DNA of 64,000 nt from Phoronis australis (lineage: Eukaryota; Animalia; Phoronida): positions 607,482 through 671,481 of the forward strand of contig NMRA01000128.1 in the NCBI GenBank assembly GCA_002633005.1, given 5' to 3'. The notes under the pieces were generated by a model. It searched no databases, was not told where the DNA came from, and was given only the letters and a program-made list of their open reading frames with translations. A program made the translations under genes and the position numbers. Below, piece by piece: positions 11,180 through 22,888 of the stretch. Numbering within the stretch: the stretch's first letter is position 1; each line of letters begins with the position of its first letter.

Positions 11180-12435
11180 TTGTTGAGCTTTCCAAGCACT
11201 TTATTAGTGCTACTTCTAGAGTGTTCTATACGGAGAATGCGGTAATGCTGCTCAGTTCAGGGCCATGTACATCTTCTTGATTAATCGAGTCTTCGGGATG
11301 CTTCAGAGATATGTGAAGGCTAACGATGTCGGAGGCTACATCAAAATCATTACCACAATTTTGGACGTGTTTCTTTGAATTATATGCACGTTGGGGAACA
11401 CTATTTTCTCAGAATTAAACTATTGAGACGGGCGCGCCCTGCCTTTGAGAATTATATAGTTACAGTTTCGCGCCACTTTCTTAGTTGACTCTACTTGTAG
11501 GGGTGTTCCATTACGTCACCCATATTTTAGGCTCGTCCTCACGCACATTCTGTTGGTTTATAAAAAGCCGCGCATTAGAGTAGTTGTGGCGGGCTGTCTG
11601 GGGTCTGAAACCCACTCCAGCCTCAAGTTCTCAATCACAATGAGTGATGTGTTGTAAGCACCCTAGGCCCAGTTGCATAAAAGTTGCTAACTGGCGTCTA
11701 AGGCCTTGTAACGAGATGGAACGCTTGTGAAGACTGAAAAGGCTGCACTGTTGAAGAAACTGGAGTCAATCCAGACTGAGCCAACGATGCCCAGTCACTG
11801 CACGGCCATACAGAACTTTGTAATGGTGGTCTTTTACTTCAGTCAATTCTACCACGGATTAGAGTTGGATCAACATATGGCTCCATTGCCCGGGTAATAC
11901 CTATCACTTTGTGTTCTGGATTACCCAGAGAAGTTCATCTGTATGTCTGGACAAGCATGTCCAAAACTCTATCAAATCAGTGAACATAAACAAGGTCAAT
12001 ACAAGTACCTATGTCATAACATAACCCGACTAAATCATGAGACAGAGTGCACAATCTGCCATTTCTTCAAGGGCAAACCTCTCCTGGCATTTTATGATGA
12101 GCTCTGCTGTCGGCTTATTTGTGATGACAACAACCAAATCATTACAATATCACCAATTGTAAACTTGTAAATATTAGTATCAACAACGTGGTTGCAAGGG
12201 ACTCGCTTAAATATGTGCCGGTTATTCTCAGTGATTGGACGCCTTGAACGGCAACGCAGGGAGCTCAGGTCGACATCCAAAGTTATCGTGGAGTGCTAGA
12301 TGGGTACCAACAGATAGCTTATCAATATTTCTAACAGCGTTGTTGTCCTTGAGAAGCGTAAACCTGTTCTTTCAAGAGCTCTGACTGGATACCGCGCCTT
12401 CACCGATGGTGATTATATTCAGCCTTCTACAGCTA
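11180..12435 (+). pseudogene. Highly degraded Academ(X)-like transposase/XPG remnant
   Basis: Fragments LDVF..YARWG (~11361-11397), KTEKAALLKKLE (~11730-11766) and ALTGYRAFTDGDY (~12378-12417) resemble the NYARW, KTxKS and HAFTGCD motifs; many frameshifts. Confidence 0.4.
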
Positions 12436-12762
12436 TGTGTCTGGATAAAGTTAGCTGGTAACAAAACTATTTGTTAATAATATGCGCAAAGCTTACTCTG
12501 TTATCCCAACTTGTTAATAAGCTATTTTCAATACAAGTACTTCTTAATATCAACCAGTGATATTTTTATATTCATTTGAACCATGCGGAACTCTAAGCAC
12601 TCGAGGGCGAAGGAGGCAAGAGTCACGTCGAGATCAAGACGTTGGTCAGCGGACACTGCAATGAGTCTAGCTGAGAGTATGCTGAAGACTAGGGATCAGT
12701 TGTGATCCAACAAATCTAAATCTACGTACATGTGCGATGAATACTGTCAGTCACCCAGTTGA

Positions 12763-12952
12763 GTAGATAATATAGAAAAAATCAGTCAAATACTGGACAG
12801 ATTTGAGTTGGATATGTTGCACCCTCATTCCATCAATCAAATGGCGAGTCACATGGCACATCAATGGACTTAAGTCCTCGGGATGAGGACGTAACGTAGC
12901 GAACTCAAATCCGTCAGTCCAGTATTTGATTCGTGTTTTCTATACTATGTAC
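12763..12952. repeat. ~190-bp hairpin MITE
   Basis: TCAAATACTGGAC / GTCCAGTATTTGA, GATTTGAGTT / AACTCAAATC and TATAGAAAA / TTTTCTATA inverted pairs. Confidence 0.7.
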
Positions 12953-14414
12953 ATGTACGCAGTTGCATTGTACACATTCTAAGAAAATCTTTGCTTCTCG
13001 GACTTCAATAAAAATGGACATTTAAAAGAAAAAAACAAGCAGGTTGTTTTAGTTTGTCTGGCTTTAAAAATTTCTTTAACAGATTTATCAAGGCAAACTG
13101 TGGGTGAATTTCGGTTAATCTCCCAAAAAGACTTAACTTACACTGAGCACTAAGATGCATTTTGGAACGTGTTTCGTGATGTAACATTTTGGCCTGTTCT
13201 AGCTCAAATTAGGGTGGGGGCTTTGAACCCGTCTGGCAAGGGTAACCCACCGCTTAAATTGTCTTGCATTGTCCATTCACAACACAATGGATAAATGGAT
13301 ACTTAGCTATATTTTGGTTCTTGTATCAGAATGTAACCTTGTGGTTTGATCTAGTTTAAATTTGCATTGCAATCACTAGGCTCTCAGTCCTGACCACATC
13401 AACCGCTATCACAATGGCAGGCGCCCATGACTAGGCACTAGTGCGTTCATAGAGTGAAGTGGCGCTCATGAAAATTTAGTAACCTTTCGGAGCCCTAAAA
13501 CTTAAAGTGAGCTCCCGGTATATGCTTGTAGGAATAAGATGTAGTACTTTAGTCATGTTTAAAATTAAGTTACCCACTGAACACCAGTCACCAGGTAGCG
13601 CAACCGTATCATGTGTCAGTCGACTCATCTACCAAATAACATGTCGTGGAAATCGACATGTCGTGAGTCCGCACAACATATAGTGGCACAGAGATAAGGG
13701 AAGCAGAAAAGATAGAGCACAGCTATCAAAACCATAAATGGTCATTTGTCGTTGCTTGTGATGCCCGTCTGAAAGTACCGTATGGGGTTACAAGTGAAGA
13801 TAATTCTGACTGGATATGACAAGTGAGATAACACGGGCTAGTAGTGTCTGAGGAAGGAACCAGCAGCACGTTCATGCAGATCTAGGCGTATTGTGGGAGC
13901 TTGCTCATACTTCAGAACATCACATGCACTAATAACTTATTATTTTAAATAAAATTAAATGAGGTTCTGCTATATCCGCAGCGTCACTTACAAGCAGGGT
14001 TTTACTTAAATGGTTCGTGTACAGGTACATGCGCCTAATTTCGGATATAGTAGCAGTGTCGAGTATAGGCACATGGGCCCAGTGACACGTATATACGTCA
14101 GCTATCACTATAAAAACGTTGAGGTTCAATGCTAATTTATTTTTGAATTTATTAAATCTCTTGAGGTACAAATAACGTGAACAACAACAAAGGATAAAAT
14201 AAAGAAAATAAAGTGATCTATTGTACCAGCGAAATGCAGTCCATTTTTTCTAGAATGTCACAAGATGCGGCGGCTGTAGTATGCACACTTCACAAATTTC
14301 TGCGAACTCCGGCATTCGTAGGACTTGTATATTTCGCATGAGCACATCATTCGTAAGAATCTTTGTTACCGTAACTTTATAACAGAAAGTAATCTATAAA
14401 TCAAAAGTTATTTT

Positions 14415-15005
14415 TAATGTCTTTCATAATACATTTAAAGTTTTCCAGGATTCTAATAAACGACCTCGACTCTAAGTCAAATATCGCATTGTCAACAATT
14501 ACAAGTATATATTTTCTGAAAGGAGAAACGTCGAAGATTCTAAAAATATGCTTCTTACTATTACTGTTATTGTTATTATTGTCACGTGACCACGTTTTTA
14601 ATACAAGAAAGGTACAAACATAGCAAAATACCCCCCCCCCCCCTAGCCGATTTTACTAAAGCTTTTCTTAAATGAAAACTTTCTGCTATTGTCTTTAAAA
14701 AAAGCTGTATTTGAGACATAACGTAATGTTTTCATTTAAAAAGTTTTTGTAAAATCGGCTGGGGAGTTATTTTTCTATGAATGTACTTCTGGTCCAAATG
14801 AAAATTTGACTTAACAAACGTGATTACGTGACAATAATAAAGACATGATAGCAAGAAGCATGTTTTTAGAATCCGACTTTCACAAAATATATCCTTTTAA
14901 TTGTTGACAAAGCATAGACAAAGTGTTTTCGATATTTGACTTGGAGTGGAGGTCGTTCATTAAGGTCCTAGATACCTTTAAAGTCCTTATTTCAAAGGGC
15001 AATCT
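14415..15005. repeat. Old ~600-bp foldback palindrome centred near 14705
   Basis: Collinear inverted pairs AGCCGATTTTAC/GTAAAATCGGCT, TTATTATTGTCACGT/ACGTGACAATAATAA, GATTCTAAAAA/TTTTTAGAATC, AAGTCAAATATCG/CGATATTTGACTT. Confidence 0.75.
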
Positions 15006-16120
15006 AGTTCAAAAACTTGGTTCTTTTTATGTAATTTTGAATATTTAGTGTCCATTTTTTCTGTTCTTTGCATATGACGAATGGTATTTAATGCATAATC
15101 TTAAGTTTGTGAGGTACGTCGCATCTCCCGCAGCCAACACTCGGCTACTGAGGTCAGCCCTGACTCGTCGCGAGGGTACGTCAAATTTCTGCAGCAGTAC
15201 CCGTGTAGGTAATAAATTAGAGGAAATAACTTTCCACATCAGCAAATGTCTTATCTTTATCGTCATATCGTGAAACTGATGCAAAGCACCAGTCTGGAGT
15301 GAGTATTTGCCGTGAGTATACGTACCCCGGACGTGCGAGTGCATTTCTGTGTACTTGGCACCATCGGCACCGGCTTTACTGGCCGTTAAAAATGTGAAAT
15401 ATAAAAAAAAAACACCCACACACGGCGATATTTCAACAAACAAAAACAAGTTTTATCTCGATACATGAGGTTCCACACCTGAATTGCAATAACGCGCACC
15501 TGTGGTTGATTTTGCTGCCCGGCCGGACACGACAATTAACCGGCGAAGTAATTTCCTTGCAGTTGACGTGACACTTCGCCGGGAAAATAATCACTTGCTA
15601 AATTAACTTTGATTTTCATTTATTAGGGAAAATATATTTTAAAACGTGACAAAAACTTACAAAAAGTGCCTCTTTTGTCTAAATATAAAAGTTGATTGAA
15701 AACACAAACGGGGGTAATGTAGTGAACTGTAGTCTATGAGCTGAATGTCAGCAATGGGAAAATATTGCAGTATTGGGAGCATGACGTAGTACTTTTTACT
15801 CTCTTTGTCACACGAATGTCACCCACTCAAGGCCCGGGCGTCTAATTAATCTTTTCATCTTGCGCAGCGGAGCACAGATGTCCGCGGCGGCGCAGGCCGG
15901 GTGCTCGGGCTTCCGCCGGATAACTTATTCGAATGCTTCTGGCTGAATGGGAATTATTTTTTACTTCAAATACTTATATTATACCATTTGGCAACATCGC
16001 AAGTTTTCTTTCTGAAGTTTTGTCGCCACCAAATGGTATTCTGTCGTTTATTGTTGGCGGTCAGCTGCCCGGCCGTAACGGAAGTCGCGGGAGGCCACCA
16101 GTATCTTAGTTTCCTCGTCT

Positions 16121-16261
16121 CAAGGGTGGCGCACCATAGATGGCTGGGGGGGGGGGGTCTGTAACCCTCACTTATTTCAGTGCTGCGCCGCACATGGGCG
16201 GCCTACCATAGAAGCTTGGGGCTACAGCCCTCCTACTTATTTCAATGCTGCGCCGTCCATG
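16121..16261. mobile_element. Tandem pair of ~70-bp hAT-like mini-MITEs; inverted family copy at 25502-25575
   Basis: CATGGGCGGC...GCCG(T/C)CCATG termini and shared TTATTTCA(G/A)TGCTGCGCCG core. Confidence 0.55.
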
Positions 16262-17063
16262 TGTCTGAATTTATTTTTGATATTTTCACAAGTTTAGTCG
16301 TCAGTAATTGTATAGCAATTTTACTCAATTATTTTGATATTGCATGCTCGTTGTTATGTTTATACTGTTTACCAGAGGTAATTAGACCCAGTAAAACACG
16401 GCTTAGCCCAGTCGCCATAGTCGGTCTTCTTATTCAATCGTTGGCACAGCACTGTGACTTTTCCGTAATTATATGCAAGTGTCCGAAACTATGTTTGTAT
16501 GTATACGCATTTATGATTTGAACCCTATATTTCGATAAAACAGCCAGCGACCGCATGTCTTCGCCTTTCGCAACTGCTGACCGGTCTGCACCGGGTCATC
16601 GGCTGCAGGTCCGAGTCCGGCAAAACAATTTCTGTCAAAATTTATTTGCCACATTTTGTCAACAAATTGTCTTTATTTTGGTTTTTAAAGTTAAGGTCCG
16701 CTGTCGGTTATTTTATCCCGATTTGCAGACTGGTAACAGACACTGCTCCAGTCACACAGCCGGTGTTCTTAAGCTTGGGTTCCTGAATGAATTATACTTC
16801 CGGTTTCGCGGTTAGTTAAAAAAAGCGGGGTGTTCTTCGGGTAGGAATCATGAATGGCGCGTTTATTTAAACTTTCTTCGGCTCCGAATTGTGTTTTAGT
16901 TATGGGATAGGTACTGCTTGGTTCCTTATAACTTCTAACCACTTAACAAGATTAAAAACGTGTCGGCTACTAGGACTTTAATTTAGTTGTGTGTGGGAAG
17001 TGATACAACTAGTATTAAAATTTCTTGGTCTATTTACATCGACCTCTTGTCTATTTACACTGT

Positions 17064-17105
17064 CACGACGTTTCAGTCGGTCTATTCTCCGGCCATCGTC
17101 AGGTG
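17064..17105 (-). ncRNA. Minimal type I hammerhead ribozyme motif, intact core
   Basis: Minus strand CAC-CUGACGA-UGGCCGG-AGAAUAGA-CCGACU-GAA-ACGU-C-GUG: helix I CAC/GUG, CUGANGA core, helix II, GAAA, palindromic ACGU in place of helix III, GUC site. Confidence 0.65.
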
Positions 17106-17199
17106 TTCCCGCGTTCTTAGAAGAACGAGCACGGATATGTGGTACACTCATGCTGTCACCTGGCTCAGTCTACTTAGGAAGGTTTAAGCATAATAAAAT

Positions 17200-17280
17200 T
17201 GGTGTAGTGGTTAAGGTGCTCGACTCGAATTATCTGTAGTTGTAGAACCCGTGGGTTCAAATCCTGCCTCGGACACACCA
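17200..17280 (+). promoter_or_regulatory. tRNA-derived (Ser-CGA-like) Pol III internal promoter / SINE head
   Basis: A box TGGTGTAGTGG (17200-17210), TTAAGG, GACTCGAA loop, long variable region, B box GGTTCAAATCC (17254-17264), ends ACCA; stems are degenerate. Confidence 0.65.
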
Positions 17281-17325
17281 TGAGTGTACCACATATCCGT
17301 GCTCGTCCTTCTAAGAACGCGGGGA

Positions 17326-17367
17326 CACCTGGTGATGGCCGGAGAGTAGACCGACCGAAACGTTGTG
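17326..17367 (+). ncRNA. Second hammerhead motif with mutated core (CUGGUGA)
   Basis: CAC-CTGGTGA-TGGCCGG-AGAGTAGA-CCGACC-GAA-ACGT-T-GTG, downstream of the tRNA-like head. Confidence 0.5.
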
Positions 17368-17440
17368 ACAGTGTAAATAGACAAGAGGTAGGTGTAAATA
17401 GCGCAAGAGATTTTAATAATAGTTGTAACACGCCACCACC

Positions 17441-17922
17441 TCAGAGCGGTTTTAGAAAGTCGTGGGTAGTAATATTGTTATTTCTTTTCGCAAGTGAATT
17501 CCTGATGTGCGATGTTGATCCTTCCAGTCTAAAGTCCACCTCAAAATTACCGTCTTCCATCGTGTGTATCGGTGCCACAAATCTTATTGGCGGAAGAACA
17601 TGGTTCCTGCGCAGCACTCCTCCTTCCAGTTTTATATCCTCCTCAAACGTCACGCTACCACATCCTGTCCCGTCGAAATCTTTCTTCGCCATTGTTTTGG
17701 CATGAACTTTCCGTTTTGCGTGCCGGAAATTTTTCTTCAATCTTCCGACATCTTTAACAATGGTGGATGCGTCAAGGAATACAATAAACCCGACAATTCC
17801 AAGAATGATACTTATATGTGTACCGCCTATGAACACCGCCGCCGGGGCTTCAACTGGAGCTCTTTTTGGTCGTCTAAAAACCGGGCCAAAAACCCTAGGA
17901 GGTCTTCGTCTTCTAGCTCTGT
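17441..17922 (-). CDS. Last coding exon of the sushi-rich receptor: Arg-rich stalk, TM helix, cytoplasmic tail
   Basis: Acceptor TTCTACTGTTTTAG, phase 1; RARRRRPPRVF...EAPAAVFIGGTHISIILGIVGFIVFLDASTIV...KPL*; TGA at 17441-17443. Confidence 0.8.
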
Positions 17923-18408
17923 CTAAAACAGTAGAATAAGAACAAAAATCCTAAACACTGAGACGATGGCACGCATTTTCTTCAGTTCTTACACAAACTG
18001 CAGTTTATAGCAAAACCGTTTCTGTCCTAACGTACTTCACTTAGTAAAGGAGATTTTAGCCAGTGTACCTGATTCTTCAAAGAGAACCAAGGTACCACTC
18101 AAGAATTCTTTTTAGTGTATTCAGGAACTGGGAATTTCTTAAGCATAAGTTAAGTAACGTTTGTTTCTACACAAGTGTCAACAGTGATTCTATTATTTAA
18201 GGAATGGCTCGTCGACTATTGTTTTTTCAGAGCTTATTGATCATATTAATGGTCTTAAACCGGATTTTGTGGCATTTTAAATGTATCTAATCTCAAAACA
18301 GACGTCATCGAAATCCTTGCTACGATAATCATGAAATAAATAGTATTCGGATGAAGATGGGAAAATGTTACAAACTAGCAGATATTGAAATTAAACGCGC
18401 TGACTTAC

Positions 18409-18609
18409 TGTAGCAATACATATCGGACCATATAAATCCCTCCTTCTCATTAGCAAAACCACAGCCGTAGACAACTCTCAATCTAGCGTACGAATGGTTG
18501 CTATCCTTTTGGATACACCTGAAGGTTGTCACTTGTGTTTCGGCGTCTTGGTAGCTGACGTTACTGGTCAAGTTACCCTCTGCTGCTAGGGGGTCTTTCA
18601 AATAAGTAA
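18409..18609 (-). CDS. Exon encoding a degenerate CCP-like Cys module (67 codons)
   Basis: Acceptor CATTTTTCAG, donor ACA|GTAAGT, phase 1-1; TYLKDPLAAEGNLTS...TFRC...YGC...IWSDMYCY. Confidence 0.7.
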
Positions 18610-19077
18610 CTGAAAAATGATGTGTTTCTGTTATAAACTTGATACTGGATCATTTTGTTCCAACATACGTCCTTCAACATGTCGCGTGTGTATTTTGGCA
18701 GCAGATAAAGGACATAGTTCACAACAGCAATGGGATGATTGTTCACGTCGACTTGGTGTTTGATCACTTTGACGTATTGGTCGTTTTTTGCGCTCTAAGA
18801 TGGTGGAAACTAGCCGGATATTTTACTACCTTCCAATAAGCCAAGAGTTCCACTACGTCATAATCTGCAGCGACGTGATCACCCGGTATAGACAGCGACG
18901 TGGTTCCAATTGTCTTGTCCCACACCGTCACTACCATGTAATTACTAAGAGGCTATTTGTTTTGTTACATATTTCTGAGTGGAATTTTTGTTCATTCACC
19001 AACTTGTCTACGTTCTACATACATCGCACTTAGTATTTTAATTTATGGACCCGATTTTTCAAATCTTTCGTCGGCCC

Positions 19078-22000
19078 ATGGTTGGTATCTCAACTTTAAA
19101 CTGCAGAGGGCTAAGGGACAAAATTAAGAGAAAAGATGTCTTTGAATTTTTGAGACGGAAATGTTGTGGTATCCATTGTTTGCGAGAAACTCATTTTATT
19201 GTGAATCAGAAATCTCTGTTATTAGGGCCCAGTGGGGATATGATCTTTTCATGAGCCCTGGAACAAGAGAATCGAGAGGTATCTGCATATTGCTAAATAA
19301 TAACTTTGAATGTGAAGTTGGTAAAACCCACAATGATTATGAAGGAAACCTTGTTGGCATCGAATTACTCATTGAAAATCGAGGCTCGATAACGTTAGGC
19401 AATATTTATGGTACCAACAAGGATGACCCTGAATTGTTTAGAACCCTGCTTCAAGTAGTCTCGGACTCGGACTCAATTCAGAGTTCATTAATCATTTGCG
19501 ACGACTAGAATTTGGTTCAGGATTTCAGTCTTGACTGTTTAGGAGACAAGCACCAAACCAATCCGGCTGCAAGAAAACAACTTATCAGTCTGATGTTGCA
19601 GTTAAATTTGGTCGACCCGTGGCGGTTACGTAATCCAAATACAACAAGCTACACTTGGTTCACAATTAAAGGACAATGCCACCTAAAAAACAACCTATCT
19701 TGTATCAATTTAGATCGAGTAGTTCCACTCGATAACAGCAAGTTCAGTTGTTTTACCTGACACCTGACGGCAGACGGAGGTGTTGAAATTAACCAATGAC
19801 GTAATCGGTTCGAACGCAGTCTGTTCAGCCGTTCACAACACGCTTACTGGTGTCAACTTATCGCTTGAATGCATCGTTTTACACCAATAAATCATCAAAT
19901 TTCGATGTAAAACCCTTACAAATACATCGAGTTCTTGAAAAAATATGCTGTTTTATTTCACTGTTACGGATTTATAGGTATTTAAACGTAAGGTAGCCTA
20001 CAGAGTTCGGTCAACGACTGTAGACTACTAGGTTCGGCACTGAGGCCAATTTATCATGGTCGATCGCGGGAGTTTGGGTGTGTTTGGTGATAAATTCGAA
20101 TAATTCTTCCGTGAAATACAGGCATGAAAGACAACTGTGTGTACTTTTAGACTTGCAGACTTGCGCTTTTTCAGTTCTAAACACACAAAACGCTTATTAT
20201 CTTACCCAGTGCCTCGGAATCCGTTCAGGCCCGTCACGGCCGCCGAGACTGTACATCACGAACATAAACCAGCTTAAGTTGGAAACTAAACCTCCAGTCA
20301 CAAAAAGACTATACTAGCGAGCTAAATAAATAATGTGCACGTAATTATTTTGCTTAATTAGTCACGAAACTGCAAATCTACTTACTTGTCGGGGGCCGCG
20401 AAGTCAAGTTGCCCTTTTACAGAGCCGTCAGGGCAAAAGTTGTACAGTAACAATGATGTGAAAAATGTATTTGTACATCTAAATAAAGATTCCCCTAACA
20501 TGTGACCACAGCTGTCGGTCACAGACACGGAGATGTTTCACGGCCTCATACTTGCTATTAACAGCGTACTTTTCATTCTTCACTACGGCAAGCCACTTCC
20601 TAAGCATTTCGGACTCTCGAGGAAGTCGAAAAAAACGTATATCCGCTTTCCTCGCAGCTGCACAGATCGGACAAGCGGGAACGGATGCACCGGAACACAG
20701 CGGCATTCACTCTGCAAATGAAGCACTGACGTCGCTGCGTCGTTTCTCACCTTCCTTACAGGTTAACGCGACACCTCTTGGCAAGGTAAGGTCGACCGTA
20801 TGCGAGGCGATGCGGATATAGATCGATTAAGACAGTAAAAAACTAATTAAATCGGGTGGCATTCTCCTTTAACCCTTGTAAGCTAGCGCGTCTGGACTTA
20901 TTTCTAGTGTCCGACGAGTTTTCTTCTTGGATAGAAAGTATTGAAACGTCCCCAGGCGATAGAACCGATCATCATTGTGTCCAACTTTCGTCATTCAGTA
21001 TGGCTTTACGTCTACTTTAACATTTGCCGAGGTTGCAGACAAGGGGGTCCCCTGTCACCTCATCTTTTTTGTTGGGTGTCGAAATTATGGCATCTATGTT
21101 GAGGCAATGCAAAAATGTTAAAGGCATAAAAGTAGGCTCTTTAGAGTATAAATTAATGCTATATGCAGACGACACGGTCCTCTTTCTAGATGGTTCAGAG
21201 ACCTCTTTAAAATCGTCACTTAACCTTTTTGATCAGTTTACTAAGTGTTCTGGTTTGACACCCAATATCGATAAAACTGTTTGTATGCGGATTGGTTCCA
21301 AGATATGTTGTGGAGATAAGCTTTGCTGTGAAAAATATTGAAAATGGGCAAGTTCCCAGTTCACATCCCTTTGGAATTACCTTCTCTGTCAACTTACAGG
21401 ACACGATTTACTTAAACTACGATGTAAAATTCAACGAGGTTAGAAAAGGCATTGAAAATTGGTAAAAAAGAAATTTAACCACCTTTGGTGAGATAACGGT
21501 TGTCAAATCTTTTTATTACCAAAACTGATTCACCTCTTATACACACTTCCTCTTCCAAGTGCTACTTTTTAAGGACATTGAAAAAAATTTATATAAAATG
21601 GGGTACCTCTTCTAATAGAATCTCTAGAAAGATCATGGTTACAGAAATCTGAAGATGGAGGTGGGAATATGGTCCATATTGCGTCATATGTTAAAGCTAT
21701 TAAACTGACTTGGATTCGGAGATTCTTTAAAAATTATTATAACAATACTTCTTGGCTAAATATTTTATGTAAAACTATTCCTATTATTAAAAATGACTCT
21801 TTTCAGTTAGGTTCTTGTTTCTTCCTAGAAGTAGCTAACCGTACTAAGAATATTTTTGGAAGGATATTTTTATATCTTATACGATTTTATAAACCTGTGT
21901 GAGATAGGTGACCCTTTGTACCAATCTTCGTGGTATAACCCCAAAATTTGTATAGACAGTTATCCAACTTTTTGGAACGAGTGGTTTACGATACGTATAC

Positions 22001-22888
22001 GATTTAATTGACCCTGATAAAGGATATTTTATGATTATCAAACCTTTTGTACACGTTTTCAACTTTGCATTGTATTACTCATTTTTATGGAATTCGAAGT
22101 TCAATACTTTGTTCTTGGAATCATCTAAGAGACAAGAGTATTATAGTCATTCCATTTTTCCAGAACGTATTTTTTCGAATCTCTTCGGAAAATAAAGGGA
22201 CGGGAAAATCTATCAATTATTCATTTCCAAATTGTATGTAAAACCTGTCGCGGAATTGAAGTGAGAGAGAGAAATTAACTTGGTCGATGATACTCAGTCT
22301 TGGAAGAAAATGCATTCTGTAATTTATCGTTGTACTTCCGATATCAGACTCAGATGGTTTCAATTCCGTAACAACCACAGACTTATTGGTACAAACTGTT
22401 ATTTAAAGAAAATATGTGTTAGTGAATCGTCTTTGTGTTCTTTCTGTGAGCAACACTAAGAAACAATTCTATATTTGTATTGGGAATGTTCACGTGTTCA
22501 GAAGTTTTAGGGATGTTTAAAAACATGGACCATAAATCAGTGCGATTTCCCTCTGCAGTTAAATATGTCTCCCGCCTTGTTCGGAGATCCAGCCTGTAGA
22601 TTAGAAGTTGTAAATTTATTTCTTTGCTTAACGACATTTCACTTATATAGGCAAAGACTGCAAAAGGCAGTCATTTTACGTGAAGTCTGTGATTACCACA
22701 ACCTGGAAATATTATTTACAATTATAAATTGGACCCTGAGAGATTCCAGGCAAGGTGCTCTTCTCATTTGCCTAGCAACTAGCTTTTATAGGGTTCAATA
22801 ATGTTCGTAATCTGTTTGACTAGATTTCATATTGCTGTTCAACTATGTACTAGTTGGTTGAATTAATAAATGTTTCATTCAAAAAGAA
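19078..22888 (+). mobile_element. Degenerate L1/Tx1-like LINE ORF2 (APE endonuclease + RT), antisense within an intron
   Basis: APE motifs TLNCRGL, CLRETH, NIYG, YTWF..ARLDLFL; RT motifs GCRQGGPL and LYADDT (21024-21341); frameshifts, EN-RT deletion; AATAAA and A-rich end near 22865-22888. Confidence 0.85.
19670..20868 (-). mobile_element. Kolobok-type non-autonomous transposon with THAP remnant, inserted in the LINE
   Basis: TIR AGGACAATGCCACC / GGTGGCATTCTCCT; TTAA TSD at 19666-19669 and 20869-20872; THAP-like ORF 20479..20706 (MPLC..C..FFRLP..KWL..LRVC). Confidence 0.85.

Larger units (their letters stand above)
17000..17431. mobile_element. Non-autonomous Penelope-like/retrozyme-type element: inverted ~153-bp arms flanking a tRNA-derived head
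   Basis: Arms 17000-17152 and 17279-17431 are close reverse complements; each has a hammerhead motif; A and B boxes lie in the spacer. Confidence 0.75.

Noticed and set aside
17200-17280. Functional tRNA-Ser gene
   Set aside because: Acceptor and anticodon stems do not pair and no oligo-T terminator follows; treated as a derived head.
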